Shown: positions 46,931 to 48,860 of the stretch, one piece after another | How positions within the stretch are numbered: the first letter of the stretch is position 1 | Layout of the letters: each line of letters begins with the position of its first letter | Origin: Nemertoderma westbladi | Lineage: Eukaryota > Animalia > Xenacoelomorpha | Length of the DNA stretch: 48,860 nucleotides | Reading direction: 5' to 3' | Assembly: GCA_032718475.1 (NCBI GenBank) | Contig: JAUCBJ010002628.1 | Location: forward strand, 1-48,860 | The notes under the pieces: generated by a model | Seen by the model: only the letters and a program-made list of their open reading frames with translations | Databases searched by the model: none | Told to the model about the DNA's origin: nothing | Made by a program: the position numbers and the translations under genes

Positions 46931-47979
46931 TTTATTCATTCATTCATTCATGTCTCGGCTTAATTATCCGATATAATTAGATCAGAATGACATGACATTA
47001 TCATAAGAAGTTCGTTGTGAGCGCTTAGAAGAATAGGCCAGAACTCCAACAACATTGTCCTCACTAGCCAAGGGAGTGGTTTACAGTTACATCCAACAAT
47101 TTCTCTATGAGGAGACCAAGGTTGTCTAAGAAATACAGTGAATTTGCATATCCAAGCTACGGCAGTTAACAGAACCCACTCGTAGGATAAAGAGGTTGAG
47201 CTACTAGACAGGATTTGTGCTTTGAGTTGGCCATGATTGCTTCTTGTTTTTGTGATTTCGATGCTGCACAGTTTGGTTAAAAATGCTCAAAAAGATTTAA
47301 TGAATATAAAAATATTCAAATATAAATTAGTTTTTACTTTCTGTAGTAAGGGGGGGGGGGGGGGGGTCACTAATTCTCTAATAATTTTCATCCCCATATT
47401 TAGAAGACTGGATTTATCCAATTGATGTTTTGCACACGTGTATACCATAGGTGGAAAAAATTGTAAAAATATTTTTTTCTAAATTTTAAAGTTTTTACCT
47501 AATTAACATAATATATGCAATTATTTTTTAAAATGAAAAGGCTTTTAGTGGGATTGTCATCAAGTGCCCAAAATTTCTTCATTTGTGCAGAATGGCATGC
47601 TAAATCGACCCTATGACCAGAATTTTGATAAATGCTCATGTTCAAAAATTATTAAAAAAAAACAGATTTTTTGCCAGATTATTGACAGATTTAGCCATTA
47701 TGGCCAAAAATTGACAAAGTTTGTTAAATATTTTAGCTATAACATAGAAAATTTAAAAGTGGTTATAAGAGGTGTTAAGCATCACCCAATCATCACTCAT
47801 GCCAACTTTCACGCAAATGCGTTCATTTTTGGAAAAGCCTTTGTGTTTTGAAATTTTAAAATTGCGTTCTCCAGAAAACACATTTATAAAGTTTATCGTT
47901 AGGGTAATTTATTTAATTCAATTGTTAGATTGCACACAATCCAGCTGAAGTCAATTTGCACATTTGACTGTGTCATGTT

Positions 47980-48620
47980 TGCCGACAGACATTACCGACA
48001 GCTTAACAGACAAACAGACAATGTTGATGACGTAATAATTAAAACTGACATCGGAACTGAAATCAACAACCATTAAAAAACCCCCATAACAAAATTTGTA
48101 GGTAGTTGGTTTGCTTTCCTATTACTTTGACAGACAGATAGCTGAAAAAGACAGAAAAACCGACAGACAGACATACAGAAATAATAGGTTGGGTTAAAAG
48201 AGAAAACTGACATCGGAAATGAAATCAGCAACCAGGATAACCCCATAACAGGACTTGTAGCCTGGTGGAATGCTTTCCTGAAATTTTGACAGACAGTCAG
48301 ATGGACATACAGACAGACAGACCGACAAACAGACATAATATACTTCTTTAAATATGAAAATATGGAAACTGACATCGGAATTGATATCAGCGACCAGGAA
48401 AACCACAACAAAAATGTTTTAGCTTGATGGTATGATGTCCTTATATTTTGACATACAGATTGTAGGACGGACAGACTGAATGATAACTGACATAATAATT
48501 TTCGTAAAAGGTGAAAACTGACGTTTGGAATGATATCAGCGACCATGAAAACCACCATAACAAAACTTTTAGCTAAGATGAATGCATTTGTTATATTTTG
48601 ACAGACAAACTGTCAGAAAC
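47980..48620. repeat. Degenerate ~150-160-bp tandem repeat with ACAG microsatellites (Helentron/HINE-like)
   Basis: aaactgac(a/g)t.gga..tga.atcagc.acc motif at 48041, 48203, 48366, 48514, with gacagacag runs. Confidence 0.6.
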
Positions 48621-48860
48621 ACAATTCCAGACAACACTTTTCACAGACACTTGCACAGAGTAAGGTTAACATTATCACTCATAACTTTTGAACTATGGAA
48701 ACCCGGGTGTTCCATAATGATTCCCCCCCCCCCCCCCTGGCCAGCCAAAACTGTCCGACCTTAGTGTAATATATCATTCGAATGAGAATTTAATTCTGAG
48801 CTTACATGCAAAAATGTAGGGTCCAATACAAAAGTATAAAAAATTAATAGGCAATTCTTT

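Overview
Eukaryotic (metazoan, probably marine invertebrate) genomic DNA, not prokaryotic. The window holds the middle of one large minus-strand gene. I could chain 19 GT-AG exons (44024->862; 3429 nt, 1143 codons, all splice phases compatible). They encode TIL/E-VWD-C8-TIL-E (a VWF/mucin D3-type assembly), about 6 LDL-receptor class A modules, Pro/Thr linkers and three divergent F5/8-type-C (discoidin)-like domains, i.e. an SCO-spondin-like/gel-forming-mucin-family protein. Its start and end lie outside the window. The introns are packed with mobile elements: Penelope-like, tRNA-SINE, hAT MITE, TTAA-flanked foldback, decayed BEL/Pao, Harbinger relic, RTE and L2 fragments, and a Sola1 element with a 5.4 kb minisatellite. 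They also contain six tandem arrays. Most striking: four of the arrays are amplified copies of the gene's own splice signals next to the exon they serve. These are ~235 copies of a 3' splice site, ~67 units of a TACTAAC branch-point repeat, and ~17 and ~40 copies of two 5' splice sites; a further acceptor is duplicated once as an 18-bp direct repeat. Nearly all long ORFs in the supplied track are repeat artefacts.
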